Shown: positions 52,429 through 64,000 of the stretch, piece by piece | How positions within the stretch are numbered: the stretch's first letter is position 1 | Layout of the letters: each line of letters opens with the position of its first letter | NCBI GenBank assembly: GCA_050575255.1 | Contig: JBNZDD010013681.1 | Coordinates: 3,042,543 to 3,106,542 of the forward strand | Source: Harriotta raleighana | Lineage: Eukaryota | Direction: 5' to 3' | Length of the DNA stretch: 64,000 nt | Notes under the pieces: generated by a model | What the model was told of the DNA's origin: nothing | The model's input: the letters and a program-made list of their open reading frames with translations, nothing else | Databases searched by the model: none | Position numbers and translations under genes: made by a program

Positions 52429-52738
52429 AATAATAATAATAATAATCCTTGCATTTGAAATAGTGCTTTTCGTGTCTTCTAGATATCTCAAGCGCTTCAT
52501 AGAATATACCGTAAAGTGAATTGACTGTATATTCGTGAGCGAAACGCGGCAGCCAATTGTGCACAGCAGTGTCCCACAAACAGTTGTGGATTGAAATGAC
52601 CTTTTATTATAGTTTTTTGGGGGATGGATTATTATTAGGCTTGTGGAGTAAGGAAACTTGCTCAAGATTTCATCCTCACCTGCCTGGATTTGAATCACAG
52701 GTCTCACTCTTGTAAGGTGAGTGTTCTAACCAGTGAGG
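52429..52738 (-). mobile_element. Near full-length tRNA-SINE
   Basis: Close match to the 20327-20657 copy. Confidence 0.9.
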
Positions 52739-52759
52739 CCGATTTCCCTGCATATTAGA

Positions 52760-53320
52760 TGTCAGTGGTTCGATCTTAAAACTCTCCTTTTTGATAGTCC
52801 CATCGGCAACTCCTAATACCCCCTTCCCTCCCCTCCACCTGTCCCCAGCTCGGGTCTGACACAGTGACTGTCCTGCGCCTTGGGAAGTCCTCCTGATGTG
52901 AAAGGTACTATACAACTAATTTTGTTGTTGTTGTTGTTACAGTGGTTTGAGGAAGGTGCAGGTAGTTGAACATATAAAACTGTGTTTGTTTACAATTGTA
53001 CATATATTTGTAAATGTAAATGTATATATTTGTAAATGGTCCTCCCATTTAAAGCACTCCACGGCCTCACCCCACCCGATATCCGTGACCTACTATCCCC
53101 TTACCAACATGCCCGCCCCCTCCGTTCAGCAGGCTCTGGCCTGCTCCACATCCCCCGACCCACCCGCCCAACCATTGGCGGGCAAGTCTTTAGTCCTCTG
53201 CCCCCAACCTCTGGAAATCCCTCCCCTCAGCTCAGGTCTGAAGCAGTAACTGTGCAGTGCCTTGGGACGTCCCCCTGATGTGAAAGACGCTATATAAATG
53301 TAATTTGGTTGTTGTTGTTG
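52760..53320 (+). mobile_element. Two tandem L2 3' fragments
   Basis: Two L2 tails (52880-52935 and 53255-53320), the second preceded by ORF2 C-terminal remnant. Confidence 0.8.
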
Positions 53321-55387
53321 TAAATGCATTAATTCAAGCTCAAAAACATCCGACTCAGAAACAAATCGTAATCAGTGGTGTTAATAAGCATCAAGGGTTA
53401 GACAACACATTTTTGCAAAATGTGGCCAGTCTGTCTTAATCTAAGCAGTTCCACAGTTGTGATTCCACCTTCCCTCCATTTCCCTACTTCCTTCCTTTTC
53501 TTCTATGGTTAGGCTGAAAGTCTCTCATTTTGTTTTGTTGTCAATATTTTTGCTAGTGTAGCCAATATTCCAGGACAGATCACTACCCTGATGCAATGTG
53601 CAGTGCTGGGGTGATGGATTCACAGTAGAAATGCCTCATAAGGTGAACTCCCAAATTCAGTTGTGCTATTGGTTGCAGAGGAGAAATCTGCAGCTTCCAT
53701 ACAAACAAGGAGATAAAAACAGAGTGTAATATACCCCAACTTAATAACGTATTTGCCTTTATTTTTTCAGCACTCTTACTAATGCAGGACTGAACATTCC
53801 TCATCATATGACCTAAGTTCAAAGTGAATCTTACAAGTTTATACTATTGTGCAGTTTCCCATAAATGTTTCAATTCAAGTGAGCATCACTCAAGTGGAAT
53901 CGCCAGTAAATTGAACTCAAGACTGAAACACACAACGTACACACAGTGTGTGGGTGGAATAGTCTATATCCTTAAGTAAACCTCAGAATTATGGTTTGAA
54001 CTCAAATTTTTATCCCATCCTTACAAGGAAATCATGAGTTTTCTGTGTATTGTTTAACCGTTAATAAATGGTGCTACAAAACAAAGTACCTACAATTTTC
54101 CTTTGTCTTGTACACATTTTCCAATTGTTCTCCTGCTTAACTTCTTTGTGCGGTGGAGATAGATTGGATTCTTATTCTTGGAACATCTAAGTTTTGACAT
54201 TATCTTTCTGACATTTATTTTGTTACATTGTCTCATGGCCAGCAGAAGAAAACACAGATTATGGGGCAGACACACCAATAAAGATAAGATGACTGAGTTA
54301 TAAAGGCCGACTTTCTAAACAATAACCACGATTGTTGCGAGATCTTGGGAAACCAACCATACTTTGTTCCACCAATCCAATGATGTAAGCCCAAAATTGG
54401 GAAACACCGGGTCCAGAGTGCAAGTACACTGTGTAAATGAACACTTATGATTAGATATTTCACAATTTCGTTAATGTTTGGCAGACGTATGCGAAGGACC
54501 GTACACCATGATCATTTTTCAAAACACAATGGCTGTTGCCATTATAACAATCAAAAATTCCATTTATTTTCTTTCAAATAAGCAGTTGTTTTGTGTATGA
54601 ACTTACAGTAATGAAAAATAATCACAATACAAATGCACAGCAGTGTAATTGTTTTAGTAAAGAGCACTTATTTTGTTGCTGTTGGATGTTTTCAGGGAAG
54701 GCTATGTTCTTGGAACAGCCAGGAATGGCCGGCTCCAAAAACTTCTGCTGAACTTCTGCCATGTTTGTGGGAAAGTTCAAGCTGCACCAGATGCTGTCTC
54801 CTCTGCGCACGGACCTTTCAAAATCACCATTAATCTGTCTCTATTTGTTTTGCTCCCTTGTTCTCTTTCTTGGCAGGCTTGCTTTGTGCACCATATGTGA
54901 TATGCTGCATCTGCTCCCCAGGTCATTTGGTGACAACCTGAAACTGACCACTCAGAGGCAAAGCATGCTCGAACTTGACTGATTTCCCTGCGGTAAAGAA
55001 ATATCTCTCGACACTGGCATAGTTGAAATCAAGATCTAAGCATGTTGGAGTGGCAGCTACAAACCCACTTCATGATGTTCTAATGGTGGAGTGTTTGGAT
55101 TCTAATGCATTTATCCAACAAATAATAATAATTATTATTATCCTTGCATTTGATATGGCGCTTTTCACGTTTTCTAGATGTGATGATATTGATACAGTTT
55201 GGAGGTTATTATTTAAGGAAAATATAAACCATCACAATACTGTACTGAAAAAGTAATCAGAATTACTCATGTGGTTGGTACCTTATCACCTTGGATCTGA
55301 AATCCAATCAGAAAGAATTCAAATCTATGTAGCCTGGTATAGGATTTGGGTGACTTTTCACTGGCCACTCTTTGTTCTTGGTAGATA

Positions 55388-55604
55388 TAGGAAAATAGAT
55401 AAACAATCTTTTTTTTTTAAATGCTCAAATAATACACAATTCAAAAGACACTTAAGGAGAGTTGAAATGAGCATTCTGGTTACATACATGTATGGNTAGG
55501 AAAATAGATAAACAATCTTTTTTTTTTAAATGCTCAAATAATACACTATTCAAAAGACACTTAAGGAGAGTTGAAATGAGGCATTCTGGTTACATACATG
55601 TATG
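55388..55604. other. ~107 bp duplication flanking a single N (probable scaffolding artefact)
   Basis: Near-identical copies at 55388-55494 and 55497-55604 on either side of N at 55496. Confidence 0.8.
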
Positions 55605-55974
55605 ATTACATGCATTTCTTTTATTCCTAATAATAAAAATAATCATTCTTATAATCGTTGCATTAATTGTAACCCTTAACACTTCAAAATGTGTCAAAGT
55701 GCTTGATAGGGCTGTTCTGTAAAGTGTAGTAGTTGGAAGGATGAGATCAAAATTACTGAAGGGCCTTCTTCATTCAAACTCTTGTGATTGTGTATTTGTA
55801 GGTGAATGCTGCATCCAACTTACACACAACAATGTTCAACAAACAGCCATGACATGAATGACCTATCTTTATTTTGGGGTATAGCTGGCCAGGACACTGG
55901 GAGGGGTCACTCTTAGAAATTCATTGGAATGTCAGTCCCAATTGCAGTGAGAGTGCAGGAGACCACACAAGTCA

Positions 55975-56425
55975 AATACTTAAATTTCATATAGTGCATT
56001 TCACATCAGAAGGACATCTCCAAGCACTTGCAGGATAACATGTAACCCGGAGTGACTGAGTTTTGTGGGCAAATGCAGCAGTCAATTTATGGAAAGCAAT
56101 GTCTCACAAACAGCCATGAAATTAATTATCATTGTGGCCAGGACACTCGGAGAAATTTCCTTCCGAATAGTGCCAAGGGATCTTTGACTTCCACCAGAAC
56201 AGACAGGATCGGAGTTGAACATCTCATCCGAAGGATGGGATCGCCCAACAATCCAGTACTGAAGCGTCAAATGAGAAGATTTGGTTACATGCATCTCTTT
56301 TATACATAATAAGAGTAATCTTAGACGATTTGAGTTCTAAGTCCCGGCATGAGGCTTATATACACAATCTTGTGACTCAATGTCGAGAGTGACGGGCTGA
56401 GCAACCAACTGAGCCAGGCTAACAT
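55975..56425 (-). mobile_element. Old DeuSINE-like element (SacSINE1/AmnSINE1-type central domain)
   Basis: Minus strand: head GCCTGGCTCAGTTGG, Deu-like core TTCGGATGAGATGTTCAAC...AAAGATCCCTTGGCACTATTCG, L2-like tail; family assignment from recalled consensus. Confidence 0.75.
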
Positions 56426-56459
56426 ACAAGGGATGAAAAAAGAGATGAGTATATCAAGT

Positions 56460-57420
56460 AGTGAGTATATCAATGATGTCAAACTTGGATTTTAAAATCA
56501 TATGGATTATGAGAGGAAGAGAATACCAATGGATGTTTTTTAAGGGTGAGGTTGTGCAAACCAAACTGAGAATTGCATGCATCTCACCTATACATGGAAA
56601 CTTCTGTGCATTAGAATGGAATCTGCCCTTTCTCCACAGAGAGTATGCTACTCGCTTCATTCCAGAGAGTATAAGGTGCAGATTGGCAAGAGCGAAGGCT
56701 TGGGTACCCTGAGGTGTTAGGGTGTATTAGGGTGCTGCTGGAGATTAACTACCTAAAACAAGGGAGCAAAGTTGTCCCACTTTTTGAGGTCCTGAGAAAA
56801 ATATAGGAAACAGTGTGATAGTGAGGAGGAAACAATGGGGTAGGACAGAAAATGTGGAGCTTTGGTGGAATAATAAAGTTTAAATACATAAACTTTTTTT
56901 GTGACGTGTCATAGAGAAAAATAATAACCCATTTCTTACATGACGGATTCACTGTATTTCTCTTGGTCAATCCCGTCAAGCAAAGAATTAATGAGAAAGT
57001 AGAAAGTATTGGTTATAACTGATGTTCATGAGAAGGGATGCCAGGTGTGAAATTATTCATAATCCTGCACCTTATCTTAGACAATATCACACTATCATGT
57101 CAATCAGAATGAATGAGTTCCACTGACTCTATGAATATCTAGGAAACATCTTTTCCGTGTCAGAGAAGAATCACCAAACAACTGTTCCTTGGAAATATTC
57201 ATTATCTTCAAACTTCCACATTGTCATCTATACACCCAGCAACATGAATCATCTTCACTGAATGGGATCAAGTATAACCCTTGGGTAACAAAACCTGATA
57301 TTATAAACCGGGAATCCCAATCACAAATGCATTCCATTTTGCTGTAATATATTCAATTTTTACCCCTCCAGGTGCAAAATACATTATGCCAGAGCCAGGT
57401 AAAACTGCAGTTTTGTTGAT
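56460..57420 (+). mobile_element. Unclassified degenerate coding repeat, copy C
   Basis: IACISPIHGNF..LEWN...FIPESIRCRLAR aligns to copy A 3286-3450; extent beyond ~56750 is only weakly supported. Confidence 0.6.
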
Positions 57421-59048
57421 GGATGTTACTGATGTTATGTATACACACTGTGATAGTGAGAAATTGCACAATCAATGAATAAGAACACTTCATAAAATGT
57501 AATCGTATGGGTTTTATCAACCTTACACACACAAAAAGGCAATGAAATTGCCAGTTTGCTCAGCAGATTGAGAACACCTTCAAAACACTGGCCTCAACCA
57601 ACTCTGCATGTGTAGCTGCAATAAAACTAGGAACAACAATAAAAATTACATTTACAAAGCACCTTTCACATTGGGAGGACATCCCAAGGCGCTTCCCAAG
57701 GAAGGATATATTATCCAAACTGCCTCTTAAACCTCTACACTGAGTGTAAAGTATTCTGCCCATATGGCTTGAGAACTGAGTCCCAGCCATTCCCGGGTGC
57801 TCTATAAATGTAATTTTGGGACGTCCTCCTGACGTGAAAGGCACTATGTAAATGTAATTTTATTGTTGTTGTTGTAAATGAGGTCTATCTCATGTGTCAG
57901 TAAATTCACATCAGAGAAAACTTCATTTTCAGCCATACGCACTGTTTGAGGAGGAACTTTAAATCTTGAAGCAAAATGTGTTACTGCGTTGCACACCCAG
58001 AAACTAGCTAAGAGGCCAGAGCTCAGAACTTTCACCTTGAGACTTAAAGTTCCATATTGAGCACAATTTGGGAAAATTCTTAAATTCATTCTTAATGGTG
58101 ATTTTCCACAATGATCGACATCGACAATAACTAATGGAGTCCCAGGTATCTAAAGCTGAAATACAATCTCTGGTTAATACTTTTGGAACTCTGCTGTGTT
58201 TTTCCTTTCCGATCCCATACTTACATGCTACGTATCAATTAACAAACACCTCCTCAATGCATTGTTGACTAGGATTCCTGAGCTGGGCTGACAATGGATC
58301 CATTGAATATGTTAGATTGTGTCATCACCAGAACATTCTTTACTTTGAATGGAACTCTGTCCACGCAATGTTAAGTTCACAAACCAGGGTTGCAATCATG
58401 CATTAAACTATAGAAACTTTCTGGCCAGGAGAAGTTTTTAATAAAAAAAAGGTCACAGGCATTTGGAACAGACTACAAGAACAGATGGTGAGACAAGAAA
58501 CCGCAAAGGATTTCAAAAAGGAGCACATGTTCCTGGCAACCATAAGGATTCAGAGATATTTAGAGATAGATGCATCAAAAGAACTTTGTAGGAAATTGAG
58601 GGTAGGCTGGATGGACGAATCCTGCTGGGTAAACCAATGGTCTAGTTTCGATGGAAGGACCAATGGTCTAATCCTCCCTGAAATCTCTCATTGTTACTAT
58701 ATTTTCACTTGCTCAGTATGCTTTCTCCAAGAACCACCAGGGTCATATTTGTAAGACCTGAATTGCTTACATTTGCACCACAACAACTTGCATTGTACTG
58801 TATAGCAAAAACCTTTCTTGCAAAAAAAAGCCTTCAAAGCTCTTTACAAAATGATAAGAAATGAAATTAGTGTTATGTAAAGCAGTTAACTTATGTCAAG
58901 AACTTCCCAACAGAGAAAAGTAGTCATTCATTTGAATTTGGGATTTCATAATGAGGTAAGGAAAGCAAGCGATTTGAAAATAAATAGCACAATGAAAGAA
59001 TGGGATGATTATCTGCAAATAAGTAATGCAATGTTATATCATATAGAG

Positions 59049-59340
59049 CAGTGGTTCTCAAACAGGGGTACATGTACTGTAGGGGGTACAAAATTACTTC
59101 CAGGGGGTACAGGTGGCAGGACATTGATTTATTTAGCTCTCTTATTTAGCATCTTATAGCCTTCCAAATTGTATATTCCATTGTTATACCCTTCATTTTG
59201 TATGTGCTAGTTATAAAAGAAAAGCTTGGTTATAAAATGCAAATGGAATGAGGGGGATGGTGTGTATGTGGTTAGGTGGGGGTACACAATAATGTTGAAA
59301 ATTAACGAGGTACATTACTGAAAAAGGTTGGGAACCACTG
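59049..59340. mobile_element. hAT (Charlie-like) MITE
   Basis: TIR CAGTGGTTCTCAAAC / GGTTGGGAACCACTG; 8 bp TSD atatagag/atacagag. Confidence 0.9.
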
Positions 59341-59949
59341 ATACAGAGTATAAGTATGTAGACAAAAGTGACAGTCAAGTTGCCCAGCAATGTTTGACAA
59401 TCAATTAGTATTATAAAAATTGAAGAAAAAAAATAATACAACCAGGAAATTAAACCAAGATAACATACCAGAGACTTATCCAGAGTATTATAATTGGCAT
59501 TTAAGTAGGTAACAATGTTGTTACAGAGATTTGTAATTTTATAAATTATTGGTATGAATCTGCCATAGGCATGAATGCATAGGAATGCATTATTAAATAT
59601 GGTTTTAAGATCTTGCAGCAATTTATACTATTTGAAAAACATACTCTATGGAACAGTAAAGGAACAGTATTGTGTGAGCTACTAGTGGAACTTATGCTCT
59701 ACTTTCATCAATCACTTTACAAAGGAATCTGAATTCTACATCATGTCTTCAGACTACATACTGATCCAGGAAATTCTAAGCTCCTTCAATTTACCATGAT
59801 CTGAGCTCACATGCCATGTGATGCTCAAACAAAGATTAACATTGCATGAACAAAAGACATTTGAATATCATAAGTAGCTAGTATGAAAATATTAACCCTA
59901 TGTGTGCTACACAATAAAATAAATCATTAATTAAAAAATGTAAACAAAA

Positions 59950-60230
59950 ACTAGGCCATTTAAGAGTGAAATCAGGAAGCATTTTCTTCACTCCAAGGGT
60001 GGTAGAAATCTAGAATTGTGTTCCCCAAAAGGTTATGGATGGGAGAAAGCAGAAAAGTGGATTTGAAAGGATTAATTCAGTGCAAATCAGCCATGATCTA
60101 ATTAAATGGAGGAACAGGTTCGACTCGTGATGTGAAAGGCACTATACAAGTGTAATTTTGCTGTTGTTATTGTTGAAGGCCTGAATGGTCTATTCCTGTT
60201 TCTATGTTCCTATGTTCTTATGTTCCTATA
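59950..60230 (+). mobile_element. CR1 3' fragment interrupted by an L2 tail
   Basis: FKSEIRKHF..QRVVEI remnant and (tatgttcc)n terminal repeat; L2 tail at ~60125-60175. Confidence 0.7.
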
Positions 60231-60709
60231 TTGTCTTGTTCTTCATCTTATCCTATTCTCTAGGCTTCCCTATTTTCTCTTTCTATTCTGATCATTTTCA
60301 CCAAGGTAATTTGCAATGCAGTTTTCTCACACAAACTTGCTTCAATTTAATAAGTTGTGTGATGTGGCCTTGGCAGTGACACCATGCCTCAGTGGGAAAT
60401 CGTAGCATGGACATAAGTCTTAAGGAAATGAGAAGCCAGTAGCTTGGGAGACATTACATATGTCAAAGCACTGTAATCAGTAGATCGGAAGAAAGAGAAT
60501 GAAGGAGAGAAATAGAGAGAATGTAGATTAGATGTGAGGAAAAGATTGCTCATCATCCTTTACTTGTCAGCTGTACTAGGTTCCTCAGCATCCTCAGATA
60601 TGGAATCAGAATTCAGATCTTGTATCTATTCAGAGTCAACATGCTTTGAGCGAGAAAACAATTGTTGTGCATGAAGGAGGAAACTCAGTTTGACCAATTT
60701 ATCTGGAGG

Positions 60710-60920
60710 CTTGTTGGCCAGTGTACTGGAAGAAACTCCCATCGGTTTTTGAATAGTGCAATGTAATCTTTAACATCCACCTGAATAAGCAGATGGGTCC
60801 TCAGTTTAATGTATTATCCAAAGATATGGCACTTCTGGAAATAAAGCACTCCCTTAACCAACTGACAGAAGTGTCAGCTTTCAGCCAGACTGTGAGCTCA
60901 AGCCCCAACCTCTGAACCAG
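60710..60920 (-). mobile_element. DeuSINE-like fragment
   Basis: gaatagtgcaatgtaatctttaacatccacctgaa...ctcagtttaatg...ccaaaga core. Confidence 0.65.
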
Positions 60921-61552
60921 ATGGTAGAAGGAGAAGAAGGTACTTTACAATCACAATCAAATCATCTGCATAGGATTGCAAAAAAGGTTCATCAAACATG
61001 TATATAGCATAATAAAAACAGAAGTTGCTGGGAACATTCAGCAAGTCAGGCAGCGTATATAGAGAGAGGAAAGTGAGTTAAGTGTCTTAATGTCCGCACA
61101 TTGGAAAGTAGCTCCTCAAATATATATTCTGTGGTCCTGTATATCTGGTTGTATTTAATCTGTGCAAATCTGTCTTTCTTTTCTGTTGTCCTTCCTGAAA
61201 AAGATGCTTCTGGGTCAGAAGTTACTAAAGTGTAGAAGGTTCAACAATGGGGTAAAAATGTGACCAGTGATAATCATCACATGGCTGAAAATTGGAAACA
61301 AATTTGTTGATAATTATCATCTAGCTGTGGGTGTGGATTCCCCACTTCTCCCTCCCCCACACCTAGACTTTCACAATGATTGAGCTGATTGAGCTGAAGC
61401 TCCTGCCATTGAGAGGCTGTCACTCTCTTAGGGAAGCTTTTTACTTCAACCCAACCATAATGCCAAATTGATGGGTGGGGGTGGGATAATTAATGACTAG
61501 TTTGACTACAATTTTTGGTAATATGACAATTGTCAAATCACTCATCACATTT

Positions 61553-61828
61553 TTGTGGCTCAGTGGTTCGAGCATTCACCTCATTAGTGAGAGACCTGGG
61601 TTTGATTCCCAGCAGTGCGAAACCTTGGGGAAGTTTCCTTACTCCACACACCTAATTTGGTCACCTAATCCATGACTGTTTGTGGGACACTGCTGTGCGC
61701 AATTGGCTGCCATGTTTCACCCACAAAAATACAGCCAATTCAATTTACAGTATATTCTGTGAAGCACTTTGAGATGTCTAGAAGATGTGAAAAGTGCTAT
61801 CAAATATAAGGGTTAATAGCATTATTAT
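61553..61828 (+). mobile_element. Full-length tRNA-SINE
   Basis: TGGCTCAGTGG head, GGGTTTGATTCCC B box, family body and tail. Confidence 0.9.
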
Positions 61829-63614
61829 TTTGCACCATAATAAAGCAAAAGTGCGATCAACCTTGGTAACAACTTCTCTGGTTAAAATAAAAACCCAAAT
61901 CCTTGTATTCAGATGTTGCTTGAACACATAACTGTGACTTCTCTACAGCTCCCAGGACACCGGGAATCTGGCCAACACGCAAAACCTTTTTGACCTGCTG
62001 TTTCTTTGCCTGAGATATGACGAAGCGGATGTAATGAGCTGCTCTCCTGCCAATACAGACTGATATATTCCACATGCGTCATCAGTTGGAATCTGAGGGG
62101 TGCCAGAATGTGAGGGTAGATTGACTACTACTGATAGTGTGTGGCTCCTGGCTGTGCAACTCTCCAGTTTCCCTTGCAGCTATTTGCAGAGGTCACCTCT
62201 TGTCTCTGTCAAGTGAACATCCGTTTCAAGCCCTGTGCCTTGATCTGGCCCAACACCCTAAAATGATATATTAAATAAAATTGGTTACTCACTTCGTAGC
62301 TGTTTGTGGGTCATTGCTGTATGCAAATTAGCTGCCACATTCATCTGCAAAATACACAGGGGCTACATTTTATAGTATGTTATGTGAAGCTTTGAGATGT
62401 CCAGCCAGTGTAACTGGGGCTGCATCAAATGCAAGCCAATTTCATTATAGTCTCTATTTCATTTCTTCCTTTTCCCGTCTCATATGCTCCTTAAACCTTG
62501 CCAGCTACGTCACTCCATCTCACCTGTACCTTTGTACACCATTTGTCCATCTGTTAGAAGGAACTGGAAGAAGCTTGTGATCTGCTGATTCATTGATTCA
62601 TAAATGACACAACACAAAGAGCAAAACTGACTTAGCATTGAAACATCAAATGACTCGTGGTTAAAAAAAACAGTCCTGTTTCCTCAAAAGGCCTTTGAAA
62701 GATATTGGTCACACATCAGAAGTCCTTTACTGAAACAAAAACTCCACATGAATGGTTTATAAAATTGGAAGTCATAAGCAGCCTTGAAAAACCATAACCA
62801 CAAGGACTGTTTTAAAAAAAAAGTTCCCTGATTCATTCTGCAATGTACCCTAAAGTCAACAGCAAAATTTTTTTTTAGATAGATATTAATATATATGGCT
62901 GTTTGTGGGCCATTGCTGTGAGCAAATTGTCTGCCAAGTTCACCTTCAAAATACAGTCAAAACATTTTAGAGCAAATCCTATAAAGGGATTTGGTATGGT
63001 CTCCCAATGTGAATGCAAGGATTATTATTAAATACCTAGCTCAGCTTTAAGATTGAGATACTGTATGTTAAGAATAAGTGGGGGTTTTCCCTGTAATCAA
63101 TGATTGATCTAGTCTGGAACTGAGTGTTTGGGAAAGGAAAGGAAATTAAAGCACTGGAATTCTGTGTTTATAATTTAAAACAATTGAAATATCCTATCTT
63201 AACCTTAATAGTTAGGAGGGAAATAACAATTTTAAAACAATTGGAAACATCTGCTGCAATGGTTTCCTTGGTGGGGAGGAATGGTGTAGCTGGTAAACTC
63301 AGATCTTCTTCATCTGAAGGAAGGCAGCAAACAACAATGCCAAGCTCCCCAGAACCGTGTCAGACTGGACACGACTCAAATTGACACCACGGAGCTTGAA
63401 CCCACTGAAAGGTGAAAGTATTACCAACTGGGGCAGGCGGACACCAATGAGCAAAGTAAGTTGCCGAACTCAGAGGTGCTGTTGAAGGGAATTGCAGAGA
63501 AGGTGTGGCCTGCGAGTTGCAGATGGCTTCCTGTGGGCTGACATAATATCTGGTCACTGTGGATGTCAGTTCCAGCATGCTACACATGTACTGTGTTCAG
63601 GAAGTTGCATCAGT

Positions 63615-63870
63615 ACAACAACAACAACAAAATTACATTTATAGAGCGCCCTTCACGTCGGAAGGACGTCCCAAGGTGCTGAACATTCAGGTTGGGACCC
63701 AAGCAAAAGGTAGGGGGGAGGCTAGGGGATGGAGAGAGATGAGAGGGCGGAAGAAGGCACGATCGAAGAGGAGGGTCTTGAGACCAGTCTTGAAGGAGGT
63801 AAGGGAGAAAGCAAGGCGAAGGGACTGTGGGATGGAGTTCCAGAGTGTGGGGGCAGAGAGGCGGAAAGTC
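63615..63870 (-). mobile_element. L2 3' end
   Basis: FRLSAPTLWNSIPQSLRLA...LKTLLFDRAF and (TTG)n tail. Confidence 0.9.
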
Positions 63871-64000
63871 CAATTATCCTTCCTCCCCCACATCCGGTCT
63901 CTCTCCAGCACTGTTTTCTTCCATCTCTGACACATTGCCCGTCTCTGACTGAACATTACTCCAAAAGCTGCCGAAAACCTTTGTCACCTCTCAGCTGGAA
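63871..64000 (+). mobile_element. L2 ORF2 internal segment in opposite orientation
   Basis: QLSFLPHIRSLSSTVFFHL*HIARL on + strand, directly abutting the minus-strand L2 end. Confidence 0.8.

Noticed and set aside
55388-55604. Tandem duplication as a biological repeat
   Set aside because: Centred on a single N, typical of unmerged overlapping contig ends

Overview
Vertebrate genomic DNA. The repeat content (DeuSINE-like, L2, CR1, Penelope-derived) suggests a cartilaginous fish, possibly a holocephalan; this is inferred, not proven. The window holds the 3' part of PIK3R1 (PI3K regulatory subunit p85-alpha) on the + strand. Fourteen coding exons equivalent to human exons 3-16 (9409-34507) were traced by hand with GT-AG boundaries and continuous phase; the SH3 exon lies upstream of the window. 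Both short-isoform first exons are present: p50-alpha-type (MHNIKT, 23826) and p55-alpha-type (MCKTVWNM..., 25277). A ~4.1 kb 3'UTR ends near AATAAA at 38641. From ~38.7 kb to the end there is no recognisable host gene, only dense, often nested L2/CR1 LINE, SINE and MITE debris. The most unexplained signal is a degenerate protein-coding element found in three dispersed copies (~3.1-4.3 kb +, ~47.8-48.7 kb -, ~56.5-57.4 kb +). In the best-aligned blocks the copies differ mainly at synonymous sites, and I recognise no RT or transposase motif. It is a candidate endogenous virus or unclassified transposon.
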